Positions 26,715 through 40,904 of a DNA stretch of 64,000 bases are shown one piece after another. A program made the translations under genes and the position numbers. The stretch covers positions 43,402,001-43,466,000 of the forward strand of contig NC_058368.1 of NCBI RefSeq assembly GCF_018350175.1, read 5' to 3'. Position 1 is the stretch's first letter. The number at the start of each line of letters is the position of its first letter. Source of the stretch: Felis catus (lineage: Eukaryota). Below the pieces are notes generated by a model, which ran no database searches, was not told where the DNA came from, and was given only the letters and a program-made list of their open reading frames with translations.

Positions 26715-29700
26715 CTTCTGGGAAGGTAGCAGAGTAAGAAGATCCTAATCTCACCTCCTCCCAGAGACACAATTACATAGCACCTATAACAGTTTAAGCC
26801 CAGTGTAACCCAGAAAACAACCTGAAGACTGGCAGAACAGACTCTCCACAGCTAAATGTAGGGAAGAGGCCACATTGAAAATGGTAGCGAGGGCAGACAA
26901 ACAGTCAGGAACCAAGCTGACTCATGAAACTGTCCAGGGAGCAAGGACCACCATAAGCATGGAGAAGGAAAAAGGGCAGATCCACTGGGCACCAAAGGCA
27001 TGGGGGACCTGCAGTGAGAAAATGAATCCTTATAACATTTGGCTTTGGAAACCAGAGGGACTTACCTTCTTGAGTTCTTGCAATCAGTCAGGCTTGACAC
27101 TGATTGAAACTATAAAAATCAGTGGATCAGCCCTAGGAGAGCCTGAGGACAAAAGGAAACTGAGTCCCTGCCCTTAAAGAGCACAACAAACAGACCCATA
27201 GAGATACAGCATAGAAGAGCAGTTTGAAAAATGTGTAAAGTATGTGGGAGGGAGATTTGTTTATTAATCTCAGAGGCTATGCTGAAGGGGCAGAGATTTT
27301 CAGCATACCTCTCCAAGAACAACAGAGCTGGCAGGTGCCATTTCCTTTCCCTGCCCCCCAGTTTAGATTCATGAACACTTTCATGGACAAGCATAGCACG
27401 AATACTCTCCAGCTAACTTGCTAACAGTAAGCCTTGCTTCCATGCTCTTCTGCAGATTAGCCCCCTCCATCCCAGCCTCAGCAGCTCTCCAAATCAGTGC
27501 ATAGTCTCATCCCACAGCAGACCTGAGCTAATTGCTAATACCACATACCCCACACCTGTCATCTGCTGTCTTCTGTGAACTCGTCCCTTCCAATCCAGCC
27601 CTTGGAAGGAAAACATCCTAAGCAGTACCATGAGAGTGGCAATGTGGTAGCAGCCCTGATAGGGGCCTGCACCATGCCAAAATGACTCCTTCTCCAAGAA
27701 GAGGGGAAGATAACAACACACACACCAGTTAGACTGGAGCCCCAGTGGTAGGCTAGGACAGACATCTGATCTGAATACAGGCCCTGCCTACCAATGAAAT
27801 CCCCCCAGGGGACAATACAGGGAGAGTGCCCTGTAGTTCTTTGAGACCACAACTGTGCAGCTGTGGCACAGTTTTGGTGGTTCAGACCAAGGTGGCCCCA
27901 GACTAGCCTGTTAACATCACAGGGACCAGAGCCTGCCCACAACAGGCAAAAAGAGCCATTACAGACAACCAGACTGAAGGCAAATACAGATCAGCCATGA
28001 CAACAGGGTGCATGGAACAAACATAGAGGAACCCCTGAAGTACCAAGTTCTGGTGAGCAGAGGATATTGGACTGCAGAGCACCATAGGACATCTTCAGAA
28101 GGCTACTACTTACAAGAGCAGAAGACATAGCTGACCTTCCTGACAAATAGAAACAGACAGAGAGAGTTAGATAAAATGAAGAGACAGAGGAATATGCCCC
28201 AAATGAAAGAACAGGGGAGATAAGTATGCCTTATATAATGGTCATAAAGATACCGCACTTGGGAAAAGAGTGGAAGATCTCAGTGCTACCCTCAACAAAG
28301 AGACAGGGGACATAAGAAAGAGTCAATTAGAGATTCAGAATTCAATAATTGGAATAAAAAATACAGTAGAGGAAATAAATAGTAGACTAGAGAAGCAGAA
28401 TAATGAATCAGTACCTTGGAGGACAGAATAGTGGAAAACAAACAAGCTGAATAGGAGAAAAGAAAAAAAAATAATAAAGAATAAGAATAGATTGAGTGAA
28501 CTTAGTCACAGCATCACCAACAACATTTGCATTATAGAGATCCCAGAAAGAAGAGACAAAAGGGGACATAAAATTTATTTGAAGAAATAATAGCTGAAAA
28601 CTTCCACATCTGGGGAAGTAAACAGATCCAAATCCAAGAGGCACAGAGAGCCCCCAACAAAATCAAACCAAGGAGGTCCACACCAAGGCACATAGTAACT
28701 AAAATGGCAGAATATAGTGATAAAGAGAAAACTTTAAAAACAGCAAGAGAAAATAAAACAGTTTCATATAAGGGAAACCCCATGAAATTATCAGCTGATT
28801 TTGTAGCAGGAAATTTTCAGGCCAAAAGGGAATAGTATGATATATTCAAAATGCTGGGGTTGGGGGTGGGGGAAATCCTGCAACTGAGAATAATCTATCA
28901 AGTAAGGCTATCATTCAGAATAGAAGGAGAGATAAAGAGTTTCCCAGGCAAACAAAATTAAAGGAATTCATGACCACTAATCCAGCCCTACAATAAATCT
29001 TAAAGTAGGCTTTTTGAGTGAAATGGAAAGATGATAATTAGGAGGAAGGAAAGAAGGAAGCACAAGAGCAGTAAAATTAAGTATATAAAAATCACTCAAA
29101 GGATTCACAAAATGAAGGGATGTAGTGCATGACACTGTCTACCTAAGATATAGGAGGGGAAAGCAATAAAATTTAGTGTTTTTAGAAGGGGTTCAAACTT
29201 AAGCAACCATCGACTAAATATAGACTGTCATATGCACAAGATATTATATATAGACCAAATAGTGACTAGAAAAAAAACTTGTAATAGATATGGAAAGATT
29301 TAAGAAAAAAAAAAAAGAATCCAAATATATCATTAAAGAAAGCCAGAAAACCATGAGAGAAGCGAGCAACAGACATAGGAACAGAGAAGAACTAACTAAC
29401 TAACTAACTAATAAATTATAAAACAAGTAAAAAAATGTCAATGAGAACATACCTATGAATAATTACATTATTTTTAATGTAAATGGACTAAACACTCCAA
29501 TCAAAGACATAGGGTGACTTAATGGATAAAAAAGTGAGACCCATCTATATATTGCCTGCAAGAGACTGAATTCAGACCAAAAGACATACGCAGATTGAAA
29601 GTGAAGGGATGGAAAGCATTTATCATGAAAGCAAATGAAAACGACGCAAAAAACTGGGATAGTAATGCATTTATTGGACAAAATAGACTTTAAAACAAAA

Positions 29701-30489
29701 ACTGTAACAAGAAACAAGAGGGATAGTACATAATTTTAACAAGAACAATCCAACAAGAAGATACAACAAATATTTATGCACCCAATATGGAAGCACCCAA
29801 ATACATAAAGCAGCTAATAGCAAACATAAAGGAAGTAATCAAATAATATAATAATTGTAAGGATGTTTAGCACCCTAATTACATTAGTGGGTAAATCATC
29901 TAAACTGAAAATCAGCAAGGAAACAGGGGCTTTGAATGACACATTAGACAAGATGGACATTTCATCCTGAAACAACTGAATACACATTCTTTTCAAGTGC
30001 ACATGGGGCATTCTCCAGAATAGATCACAAAATAATTCACAAACCAGGCCTCAACAAATTCAAAATGATTTAAGTCATACCATGTATCTTTTTTGACCAG
30101 AAGGCTATGAAACTAGAAATCAACAATAAGAAAAAATCTGGAAAGAACTCAGATACATGGAAGTTAAATAAGATGCTACTAAACAATGAATGAGTCCACC
30201 AAGAAATCAAAGAGAAAATTGACAAAATTCTTGGAGGCAAATGCAAACAAATAAACAACAACAATAAACAACAACAACAAAGCAATGGCCCCAAACCTTT
30301 GGAATGCAACAAAAGCTGTTCTAACAGGAAGGTTTATAGTAATACAGACCTACATCAAGAAGGAAGAAAAATGTCAAATAAGCAATCTAACCTTATACCT
30401 AAAGGATCTAGAAAAAGAACAAAGAAAACTCCAAACAAGTAGAAGAAATAATAAAGACTAAAGTAGACATAAAGAGAAACAAAAAACAA

Positions 30490-30539
<50 letters not shown>

Positions 30540-31800
30540 AACAGGTCATTGAAACCAGGAGTTAGTTAATTTTTGGAAAAGATCAACAAAATTGATAAAT
30601 CTTTAGTCAAAGATTTATCAAAAAAAAAGGAGAGAACACAAAATCAGAAATGAAAGAGAAGAAATAACAATGGATACCTCACAAATACAAAAGTTTGGAA
30701 GAGAATATGAAGAATTGTGTGCCAACAAATTAGACGACCTAGAAGAAATGGATAAATTTTGAGAAACATTTAATCTCCCAAAATTGAATAAGGAAGAAAT
30801 AGAAAATTTGAACAAACCAATTACCAACAATAAAATTGATTCAATAGTCAAAAAACTCCCAACTAACAAAAGTCCAAGACCAGAAACTTTCACAGGTGGA
30901 TTCTATCAAACATTTAAAGAAGAGTGAATACCTATTCTTCTCAAACTATTAAAAAAAAAAACAGAAGAGGAAAGAAAGCTTCTATATTTATTATAGGAAG
31001 CCAGCATTACCCTGATACCAAAACCAGAGACAGATACTACAAAAAAAGAGACTACAGGCCAATATCTCTGATGAACATATATGCAAAAATTCTCAAAAAA
31101 ATATTAGCAAACTGAATCCAACAATACATTAAAAAGATTATTTACCATAATCAAGTGGGATTTATCCAGAGATGCAAGGGTGGTTTAATAGTCACAAATT
31201 AATCAACAAGACACATCACATCAACAAGATAAAAAATAAAAGTAATATGATCACTTCAATAGATGCGGAAAAAGCATTTGACACAGTACAAAACCCATTC
31301 ATTACAAAAAGTCTCCAAAAAGTAGGTTTAGGGGGAACATACCTAAGCATAATAAAGGTTATATATAAAAAACCCACAGCTGACATCATACTCAATGGTG
31401 AAAAACTGAAAACTTTTACACTAACATCAGGAACAAGACAAGGACATCCTGTCACCACTTTTATTAAATGTAGTACTGAAAGTCCTAGCCACAGATATCA
31501 GACAAGAAAAAGAAATAAGAGGCATGCACATTGGTAAAGAAGAAGTAAAACTTTCACTGCTTGCTGATGACATGATGCTATGTATAGAAAACCTAAAGAA
31601 TCTACCAAAAAAAAAAAAAAAAAACAAAAGAAAAGAAAAGAAAAGAAAAAACCTGCTAGAATTGATAAATGAATCCAGTAAAGTCATAGGATAGAAAACT
31701 AACATATACAGAAGTCTGTTGCATTTTTATACACTAAAAATGAAGTATCAGAAAGAGAAATTAAGAAGACTGTTCCATTCACAATTGCACCCCCAAAAAG
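26715..31800 (+). mobile_element. L1 copy A: 5' UTR, ORF1 (~28176-29020), ORF2 (~29435-31800), 3'-truncated and inactive
   Basis: ORF1 start atgaagagacagaggaatatgccccaaatgaaagaacag. Endonuclease start aatgtaaatggactaaac. RT peptides YRPISLMNI, MQGWFN…SIDAEKAFD…GTRQG. FADD motif appears as LADD at ~31560. Many stops and frameshifts. Confidence 0.95.
30498..30536. repeat. (CA)n microsatellite inside L1 ORF2
   Basis: Direct observation. Confidence 0.98.
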
Positions 31801-32153
31801 GTAACGTTACAGTGGTAGAGTACTAGGGGGATCCTATGCTTGCCTCATTCCTGGAATACAGCTAGACAAATATCAAATCATTCTGAACACCCAATAAATC
31901 GATGTGAAAACTGAGAGAACAAACCTTACAACTAGAGGGAGGAAAATAGCCACATTGTGGAAGGTAGGAGCTGCAGACAGTTGACTTGGGGAAGAAAAGA
32001 ATTGCAGGTGTGGTGGTGGGGAGGAAGTGAGGAGAGGTAGAGAAAGAGTGAAAGCAGCATGCAGGGGATTGCACAAGAAAAACCATTGACTGGAGAAAGG
32101 AGAGAGGATGATTATTGCAAGTTTTTACAAGCAGCAGATCTGAGAGTCTGAGG

Positions 32154-32372
32154 GTTTTTTTTTTTTTAATGTTTATTTATTTTTGAGACAGAGAGAGACA
32201 GAGCATGCACGGGGGAGGAGCAGAGAGAGAGAAGGAGACACAGAATCCGAAGCAGCCTCCAGGCTATAAGCTGTCAGCACAGAGCCCGACGTGGGGCTCG
32301 AACTCACGGACCATGAGATCGTGGCCTGAGCCGAAGTCGGATGCTTAACCGACTGAGCCACCCAGGCGCCCC
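32154..32372 (-). mobile_element. Can-SINE (SINEC_Fc-like) in the 5' UTR of L1 B
   Basis: TSD tgagagtctgagg at 32141-32153 and 32373-32385. Many CpGs retained. Confidence 0.97.
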
Positions 32373-34319
32373 TGAGAGTCTGAGGTTTTAGAAGTCCACG
32401 CCATCACTGGGGTTTTGCCTGGTGGGCTTAGTTGTGCTCCTGTGGGGAAGGAGGGCAGAAGCCCAGGAGTAGACAGTGTTGTCTGGTGATTCCTGGGATC
32501 ACATTGGGAGAGACAGTGGATGCCCTGTTAATTAGCATAGCAGCAGAGGCCCTTGCTGAATGCAGCTAACCTGGAAGCCAGCTTTTGGCTGAGCTTTATC
32601 ATAAATTCGAAGCTTCTGTGTAGTTGTGTGACTAGTTTTCTGGGACAAACTAGCACCAGCCACAGTGCAGCGAGACCCTGCCCCAGAAGATCAGTGTGGG
32701 TCCATGCTGTGCTGGGTTCCTAAAATTTGGAAGTTTGAAATCCAGCCATGCACCTGAGAGAAAACACAGGAGGACTGTGCTGCCAGACAAACAGATGGCT
32801 TGGACATATATAGGATGGAGGCAGGGTTTTGACAGAACTCTCAAACATAAGAGGGGTGATTGTTTCCTCTTCTGTTATGGCTTCCTGAACAGTGGTGGCT
32901 TGTATGCCCCCTTTGGGGACAAGAAAGTCAGGCAATGTCATTTTATGTCCCTATCAGCATGGACAGACTTCAGTGAGCAACATAGCACCCTAGTGGAGGC
33001 TAGATCCACTTACACTAAGCCCCACCCAAATGCACCCTGCAGGTATATCTTTATTAGGAGAAATTGGTCTGAGAACCAGTGCAGGTAACCCCCTAGAAGA
33101 CCAGCACAAGCCACCTGCATGTACCAACTCTACTGATAATAGAGTGCTGCAAAGCTTCAGTTCTAGGGCATATAGGATCTAGCCTTTTAATACAAGCAGA
33201 CCAAAACACACCTAGCTAAAACTTGCCACACACTGGACCAGGTCCAAAGACTCCCTACTGCAGGCAAGGTGAAACTCTGCAGAGGACTAATCATAGGGGA
33301 AAGAGCAGCCAAAACACGACAGCAGAGTGCACATAGAACACACTAAAATAAATTTCCTGAAGCTCCAGGCCCTAGATAGTATATGACCTCTTCTTTATAT
33401 AGCCATTACTCTCAGGAGGAGGAAACATAACAGGTTTTCCTAACACACGGAAGACAGGTCTAGGCAAAATGCCAAGATGGAGGAATGAATCCTAAAAGAA
33501 AGAACAAAAAGAGGTCGTGGCCAAGGATCTAATCAAAACAGATGTGTGTAATATTCCTGAATTTAAAACAACATTCATAAGGATACTAGCTGTGCTTTAG
33601 AAAAGCATAGAAGACACTAGGGAGTCCCTTAATGCATAAAGACTAAAAACTAGTCAGGCTGATATAAAAAGTGGTATGACTGAGATGCAAAACCAGCTGC
33701 ACATTTTGACAAGGATGGAAGAAGCAGAGAAATGAATAAGTGATACAGAAGATAAAATTATGGAAAATAATGAAGCTGAAAAGAAGAGGGAAAGGGAAAT
33801 ATTGGATTGTGAATTCACTTAGGTACTCAGTGACTCCATAAAGGATTCCTATCCTAGGAATCCCAGAAGAAAAGAGGGTAAAAAAGGGCAGAAATTCTAT
33901 TTGAGTAACTTATAGCTGAAAACTTCCCTAATCTGGCAAAGAAAACAGACACTGAAGAGAACTTCCATCAAAATCAACAAAAGCTGGCCAATACCAAGAT
34001 GTATTATAGTAAAATTTGCAAAATACACAGAAAAGGAAAAGAATCCCAAAACAGCAAAGGGAAAAAAAAAGTCTTTAATGTGCAAAGAAAGACAAATAAG
34101 GTTCACCACAGATCTTTTTACAGAAACATGGCAGGCCAGAAGGGAGTGACATGATATATACCATGTGCTGAATGGGAAAAATATGCAGACAAGAATATTC
34201 TGTCCAGCAAGGCTGCCATTCAGAATAGAAGGAGAGATAAAGAGTTGCCAAAACAAACAAAAATTAAAGGAATTTATGGCCACTAAGCCAGCCCTGCAAG
34301 AAATATTAAAGGAGACTCA

Positions 34320-34535
34320 GGAGCACTGGGGTGACTCAGTTAAGTGTTCGACTTTGGCTCAGGCTGTGATCTCGTGGTTTGTGAGTTCAAGCCCCATGTC
34401 AGGCTCTGTGATGACAGCTTGGAGTCTGGAGCCTGCTTCGGTTTCTGTGTCTCCCTCTCTCCCTGCCTTTCCCTCTCACTTGCACTCTGTCTCTCAAAAA
34501 TAAATAAAAAATATTTTAAAAAAGGAAAAAAAAAG
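34320..34535 (+). mobile_element. Can-SINE at the end of L1 B ORF1
   Basis: SINE body. Imperfect TSD aaatattaaaggagactca / gaatattaaagggcgctca. Confidence 0.93.
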
Positions 34536-36439
34536 GAATATTAAAGGGCGCTCAGAGTGGGAAAAAAAGATTAAAAGCAACAAAGACTAGAAAAGAACAG
34601 AGAAACTCTCCAGAAACACTGACTTTATAGGTAATACAATGGCACTAAATTGATATCTATCAATAATATCTCTGAATGTAAATGGACTAAATACTCCAAC
34701 CAAAAGACATAGGATATCAGAATGATAAAAAAAAAAAAAAGATCCATTTATATGCTGCCTACAAGAGACTCATTTTAGACCCAAAGACACCTGCACATTG
34801 AAAGTGAAGGGACAGAGTACCATCTCTCATGCTAATGGATATGAAAAGAAACCCAAAGTAGCCATAGTTATATCAGACAAACTAGATTTTTAAACCAAAG
34901 ACTATAACAAGAGTTAAAGAAGGGCATTACATCATGATTCAGGGGTTTTTCCAGCAAGAAAATCTGACAATTGTAAATATTTATGCCCCCAATTTGAAAG
35001 AACCCAAATACATAAATTAATAAATAGAAAACATAAACTCGTTGAAAGCAATACAGTAATAGTAGGGGAAAGTTAACACTCCATTTATACCAATGGACAG
35101 ATCTTCCAAGCAGAAAATAAACAAGGAAACAATGGCTTTGAATACTACACTGGACCAGATGAATTTAATATATATTCAGGACATTTCATCCTACAACAGA
35201 ATACATTCTTTTCAAGTAAATATGGATCGTTGTCTAGAATAGATCACATACTATGTTGCAAAACAACCCTCAATATGTACAGAAAGATTAAATCATGCAT
35301 ATTTTATTACCACAGTGCTATAAAAAACTTGAGGTCAACCACAAGAAAAAATTTGGAAAAACCAGAAATACATGGAGGTTAAAGAACATCCAACTAAAGA
35401 ATAAGTGGGTTAACCCCTTAGAAATTAAGAAGAAATTAAAAAAAAAAGGAACAACAAATAAAGCCTAAAGCTAGCAGAAGAAGAGAAATAATAAAGATTG
35501 GAACAGAAATAAATGATACAGAAACAAAAACCACAGTTGTACACATAAATAAAACTAAAAGCTGTTTCTTTGAAAGTTTTAATAAATATGATAAACTTCT
35601 AGCAAAACTTATCAAAAAGAAAAAAGACCCAAATAAATAAAATCAAGAATTAAAGAGAAGAGATCACAACTAACACCACAGAAATGTAAACATTTATTGG
35701 AAAACATTATGAAAAATTATATTCCAACAAACTGGAAAATCTGGGAAAATGGACAAATTCCTAGAAACATACAAACTACCAAAACTGAGATAGGAAGAAA
35801 TAGAAAATTTGAACAGACCCATAACTAGCAAAGAAATTGTATCTGTAATCAAAAATCTCACAACAAACAAAAATCCAGGGCCAGATGGCTTCCCAGGGGA
35901 ATTCTACCAAACATTTAAGGAAGAGTTAATACCTATTCTTTTCAAACTGTTCCAAAAAATAGAAATTGAAGGAAAATTTCCAAACTCATTCTATGAGGCC
36001 ATCATTTCCTTGATTCCAAAACCAGACAAAGACCTTACTGAAAGAATTATAGGTCAATATCCCTGATGAACACAGATGGAACAGTTCTCAACAAGATATT
36101 AGGAAATAGAATCCAAGAGTACATTAAAAGAATTATTCACCACAGGCAAGTGGGATTTATTACTGGGCTGCATAGGTAGTTCAGTATTCACAAATCGATC
36201 AATGTGATACACCACTTTTAATAAAAGAAAGGATAAGAACTTTATGATCCTCTTAATAAATACAGAAAAAAACATTTGACCAAATAGAGCATCCATTCTT
36301 GATAAAAACCCTCAATAAAGTAGGGATAGAGGGAACTTACCCAATATGTAAAGGCCATATATAAAAGACACACAGCTATTATCCTCAGTGGGAAAAACAG
36401 CTTTTCCTCTATAGTCAGGAAGAAGACAGGGATGTCTTG

Positions 36440-36690
36440 CTTATAAACAGCAAGAATTTATATCTTATAGTTGTGGAGGCTGCAAAGTCCAAGATCCAGA
36501 TATTGGCCAATTTGGTGTCTAGTGAGTACCCAGTGCCTGGCTCATAGAAAGCTGCCTTCTTGATGTGTTCTCACATGGTGGAAAGAATGAGAAAGCTCTC
36601 TGGGTCTCTTCTGTGAGAACACTAATACCATTATACCCTCATGGTATAGTTACCTCCTGATGTCCCTGTCTCAGAATGCCATCATTCTGA
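36440..36690 (-). mobile_element. MLT1-like LTR fragment
   Basis: gcttataaacagcaagaatttat…ggaggctgcaaagtccaagatc, similar to the LTR at 9386-9719 but missing its terminal ~45 bp. Confidence 0.8.
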
Positions 36691-38160
36691 GATTGTCCAG
36701 TGACTTTTTCCAACTTTTATGGGGAGAGGGAAGGGGCAGAAACTATATTCCTTATCATGCATGGTCACTGACATCCCTGTTCCTTGTAGTATGTTCAGCT
36801 TTAGCTCTCTAAAATTTGTATTTCTTTACTGATGTTTTGTATTGATGAGCCACTTTCACATATTCCTTTACTTCTTTAAGTATACATTCCTTCTCCTGGA
36901 GTGACTCTAGTCCTTTGTGGAGGACTAGGAGTAAACTCCAGAAAGAAAAAAAAAAATTAAGAAAAGTGAATAGGGTCTAAGTGACCTATAGGATATCAAA
37001 AGTGGACCACATGTACATTTAGGGAGTTCCAGAAGGAAAAGAGAGAAGGAGCAGAAAGAATATTTGAAGAAATAATGACTGAAAGCCTCCCAAATTGAAT
37101 GAAAGATGTAATGTCATAAACATCCAAGAAGGTCAGAGAACTCCAAATAAATAAATACAAGGACATTACAAAGCAAGGTACAACATGATCAAACTTTGAA
37201 GACAAAGACCTGGATCTTGAATGCAGGAAGGTAGAAATGACTAGTCACATACAGGCAGTACTCAATACTGAGTACTGTTCAATATAATGAACAGCTGATT
37301 TCTTATCAAAGTCATAAACTTCTAGGAATGATTATGAAATAAAGAGAAAAGGTACAAGCTATTAATATTAGAAGCAATAGAAGGAACATGCTATAGATTT
37401 TACATTAAAGAATGATTAGGGGTTATAAATAATTTTATGCCATTTCAATAATTTTGGAAAAAATAAACACATCTTTGAAAAACAGGAGTCACAAAAACAG
37501 ACAAAAAATAAATAAAAATGTGAATATCCCTATATCTATAAGAAAAAATTATTCATAATTAAACCTTTCTCTGCCCCACTTCACCACAAAACTCCAGGCT
37601 TAATTGTCATTCCTAGCGATTTCTCCCAGATATTTAGGAAGAAATAACACAAATCTTACATATTTTTTTCAGAAAATAGTGGAGAAGTGAACACTCCTGA
37701 CTCACTTTTTGAGGACAGAATTACCCTGCTAATAAGTCTAGACAAAGATATCACAAGAAAATAAAACCATAGATATAACTTTGATGAATATCCAAAAATC
37801 CTTTAAAATTATTCCTATTAAAATTAACAAATTAGACTTAATAATACGTAAATACTACTTTTCCAGCAAATTTGATATACCTCCTGAGTGCAAGGTTAGT
37901 TTAATAGTGGAAAATCAATAAATATACTTCATCTCACTAATACAGTAAAGGAGAAAAAATCATAATCTCAAAATAGAGTAAAATCATTTGATAAAGCTAG
38001 ACACACATCCTTATCCTCATCCATATTAACTACAAATAACATCTTAACCTTGTAACATAGCATTTACAAAAAGATCATACAGTAAACATTAAACTTCATG
38101 GCAAAAGTCTAAATATGATTTCAAGAAAAAGGTAAAAATAGCTGCTCTTACCACTTCTTT

Positions 38161-38369
38161 TTTAAATTTTTTTTAATGTTTATTTATTTTTGAGAGTGAG
38201 AGGCAGCACAAGTGGGGGAGGGGCAAAGAGGGAGACACAGAATCCAATACAGGTTCCAGGCTCTGAGCTGTCAGCACAGAGCCTGATGCAGGGCTTGAAC
38301 TCACAAACTGCGAGATCATCACCTGAGTCCAAGTTGGATGCTTAACCAACTGAGCCACCTAGGCACCCC
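38161..38369 (-). mobile_element. Can-SINE
   Basis: TSD tgctcttaccacttcttt (38143-38160) / tgctcttaacacttcttt (38371-38388). Confidence 0.96.
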
Positions 38370-38771
38370 ATGCTCTTAACACTTCTTTTGACATTAGTTC
38401 TGAGTAGTGTAATAAGCCAATCAAGATACATAGAAATCATTGACTTAAGAAATCAAGAGTTGTTTTTATTCATAGATTATGTGACCATGTATTAAATAAT
38501 TCTATAGTATCTACAGAAAAACTGAGAAGGACAAGGTTGCAAAATACAAAATTGTTATAGCAAAAATTAATTTTATTAAATAGAAGCAATGAACAATTTG
38601 AAAAGGGAAATATTCAAGCAAAAGTTTACAATGGCAAAAAAAAAACTACATAAAATGGTTAGGCATAAATGTAATGTACTATGTAAAAGGTGTATAAACT
38701 GAAAAATACAAAACTAGAAGACCTAAGTAAATGAAAAGATACATCATATTCATGTTTTGGAAGACTTAGTA

Positions 38772-38983
38772 GTTTTAAATTTTTTTTAATGTTTATTTTT
38801 TATTTTTGAGAGCGAGAGAGAGAGCACGAATAGGGGAGTGGCAGAGAGGGAGACACAGAATCCCTGAAACAGGCTCCAGGCTCTGAGCTGTCAGCACAGA
38901 GCCCCACATGGAGCTTGAACCCACAAACCGTGAGATCATGACCTGAGTCGGCTGCTTAACTAACTGAGACACCCAGGTGCCCC
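38772..38983 (-). mobile_element. Can-SINE
   Basis: TSD tggaagacttagta / tggaagactcagta. Confidence 0.96.
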
Positions 38984-40315
38984 TGGAAGACTCAGTATTC
39001 TTAAGAAGTTAATTCCCCCCAAATAGAACTATATATTTCTTGGGCAGTCACATTTGCAACTCCATCAGGTTTACTTTTCAAATTGAGAAGCAAATTATAA
39101 AATATGTAACATACCTAAAGACATGGGAGACCCAAAAAGGAGTTTGAATGACATTCAAGTTGAATAACTTGAATGGTCTTATTTTAAGATTTGTTACATT
39201 GCATCATCAAGACATTATGTGGTAATTGTGTAAGGATGGACATATGGGTAAATATAAGGAGTGAAGATTTTGTTTTGGGGATGCATGTCGAATTAACTTC
39301 CATCTTCCTCCATGTTTTCTGTACAGCTGTTAATGTGATTCTTACTTCAGTCATTAAATAACTTAATACTAGTGGGATGTCTCTGCAAAGATGCAGAAGA
39401 AACAAGTCCCTTTCTCACAACCCACTTCAAAGCTGTTCTCAGTTTTTTCTTCAAGAAACAAAAACAAAAATATCTTTACTGTTTTTCAAGAATGCAAATA
39501 CCTGTTCCAGAATAAACCATTAAAAAAAATTAGGAAATGCAATGTTTTAAGAGCTCATTAAATGAGTTTCACCAGAGGTTATGACTGCTGGTTTTATAGT
39601 CACTACTTTAAAAATATAGCTTCTTTTCACAACGTGTGATATTCCTTCTGTTATAGGTTATCATGTATATTTGGCAAAATGTTATCACAAACATAGACTT
39701 AACATATTACTTTAAATTTCTCAGATGTCCAAGAGTAAAGGTCAGGAAAAATATGGGGTAAAGAAACAGAATGAAGAACACATGGAAAGTTTAATGTAGG
39801 AGGCTTAAAGATGTATGATTAATGTCTAAGTATAAATGAGATATTCTGTAGCCTTATTTTCATAATGTAGCATTTCTGATGTAAATAGTTTATCATAATA
39901 AATGTCAGATAACATCGGGTCTGTGTGGGATGGAGTTACACTTAGGTCTAAAATGAGGTATGTCTCTTATAATGAGGGACAGTGAGAAATACCGTATGTT
40001 CCTTGCTTTCAAATTAGTAGTTCCATCTGTTTAAGTAGTGTCAATTTTATCCAGAGATGCATGGTGATTGAGGATTCTGGAATGTGATAAACACCTTTCT
40101 TCTAGTATATGATAATTTCCAGGCTACTGAATCCAGAAAGTAGTTAATGCAAAGTAGCTATATGACACAAGTAGAATATACCAGAAATCACAAAATTTGA
40201 GTTCAAAGTCTGAGTTACTAAATCACACATCAGTAATTATGCCAGATATTACTGTGGTCAAAATTGTCTATTTAAGTTTGATGCCTAGTGTAAAATGAAG
40301 ATATGTGGCTTTGTT

Positions 40316-40433
40316 GAAACTTACTAAGAATTTTAAGACAGTGACACCAGAATGTTAAAGCAAGAGTGGGTCCCCTTTACCCATGGGATCTTATGTAAAC
40401 TGCATATATTCTACATCCATAAAGCCAGCCCTG
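40316..40433 (-). mobile_element. MER91A-like hAT-Tip100 DNA transposon fossil
   Basis: Minus strand reads cagggctggctttatgg…tgcagt…ctggtgtcactgtcttaaaattcttagtaa, resembling recalled MER91 consensus. Confidence 0.65.
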
Positions 40434-40904
40434 ACATTTAAATATTCCATTAAATTTAAGCTGTGACATCAAAACTAATTTAAAGAAGCTTATTACAGGT
40501 TTAAAAAACCCTCAATGATAATTATAAAATTTAAATAAAAGAACCATATTTATATGAATATTAAGTTGAATGTGCAAAGTGCATCTTAAAATTAATTGAA
40601 TGTGGTGTTTAACGTAATTTGACCTCTGAAATGCACACATTAAACTTATCTATATAAAGTAGTAATTTTCCTCTTCCCACTCTGCTTGCTGCTACTTCTT
40701 ACATTTTTTTGTTTTGTAAACTTGATAACGTTCACACATAAGTTTGCAGAATTGCATACCTTTAAGTATACTTAAGTGGCAAAGAGCTTATTGATGGGAA
40801 GTTTCAAAATCCTATAGGAGTAGCCACTAGGTTCCCTCAGGGTTTTGTGCCTTTAGCAATGATCTGACCTTCTATTAATTGCTATAACTGATATATTCTA
40901 CAAA

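Larger units (their letters stand above)
31805..36436 (+). mobile_element. L1 copy B (carnivore-type 5' UTR): ORF1 (~33469-34560), ORF2 (~34639-36436), 3'-truncated and inactive
   Basis: 5' UTR cagctagacaaatatcaaatcattctgaacaccc. ORF1 C-terminal peptide RIFCPARLPFRIEGEIKS…KPALQEILK. ORF2 peptide NRPITSKEI…[22 protein letters not shown]. Stops at gtcaggaagaagacagggatgtc. Confidence 0.95.
36940..39260 (+). mobile_element. Old L1 (L1M) ORF1/ORF2 remnants with deletions
   Basis: ORF1-like ggagttccagaaggaaaagagagaaggagcagaaagaatatttgaagaaataatgactgaaa. ORF2-like ttttgaggacagaattaccctg and gaaaagatacatcatattcatg. Confidence 0.8.

Noticed and set aside
31172..31537. Reverse-transcriptase-like ORF as an active RT or novel retron-like system
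   Set aside because: It is a fragment of frameshifted, stop-ridden L1 ORF2, with the catalytic motif altered and the 3' half missing.
34165..34503. L1 ORF1-SINE chimeric ORF
   Set aside because: Chance read-through from a decayed ORF1 into an inserted SINE. Upstream ORF1 is disrupted.
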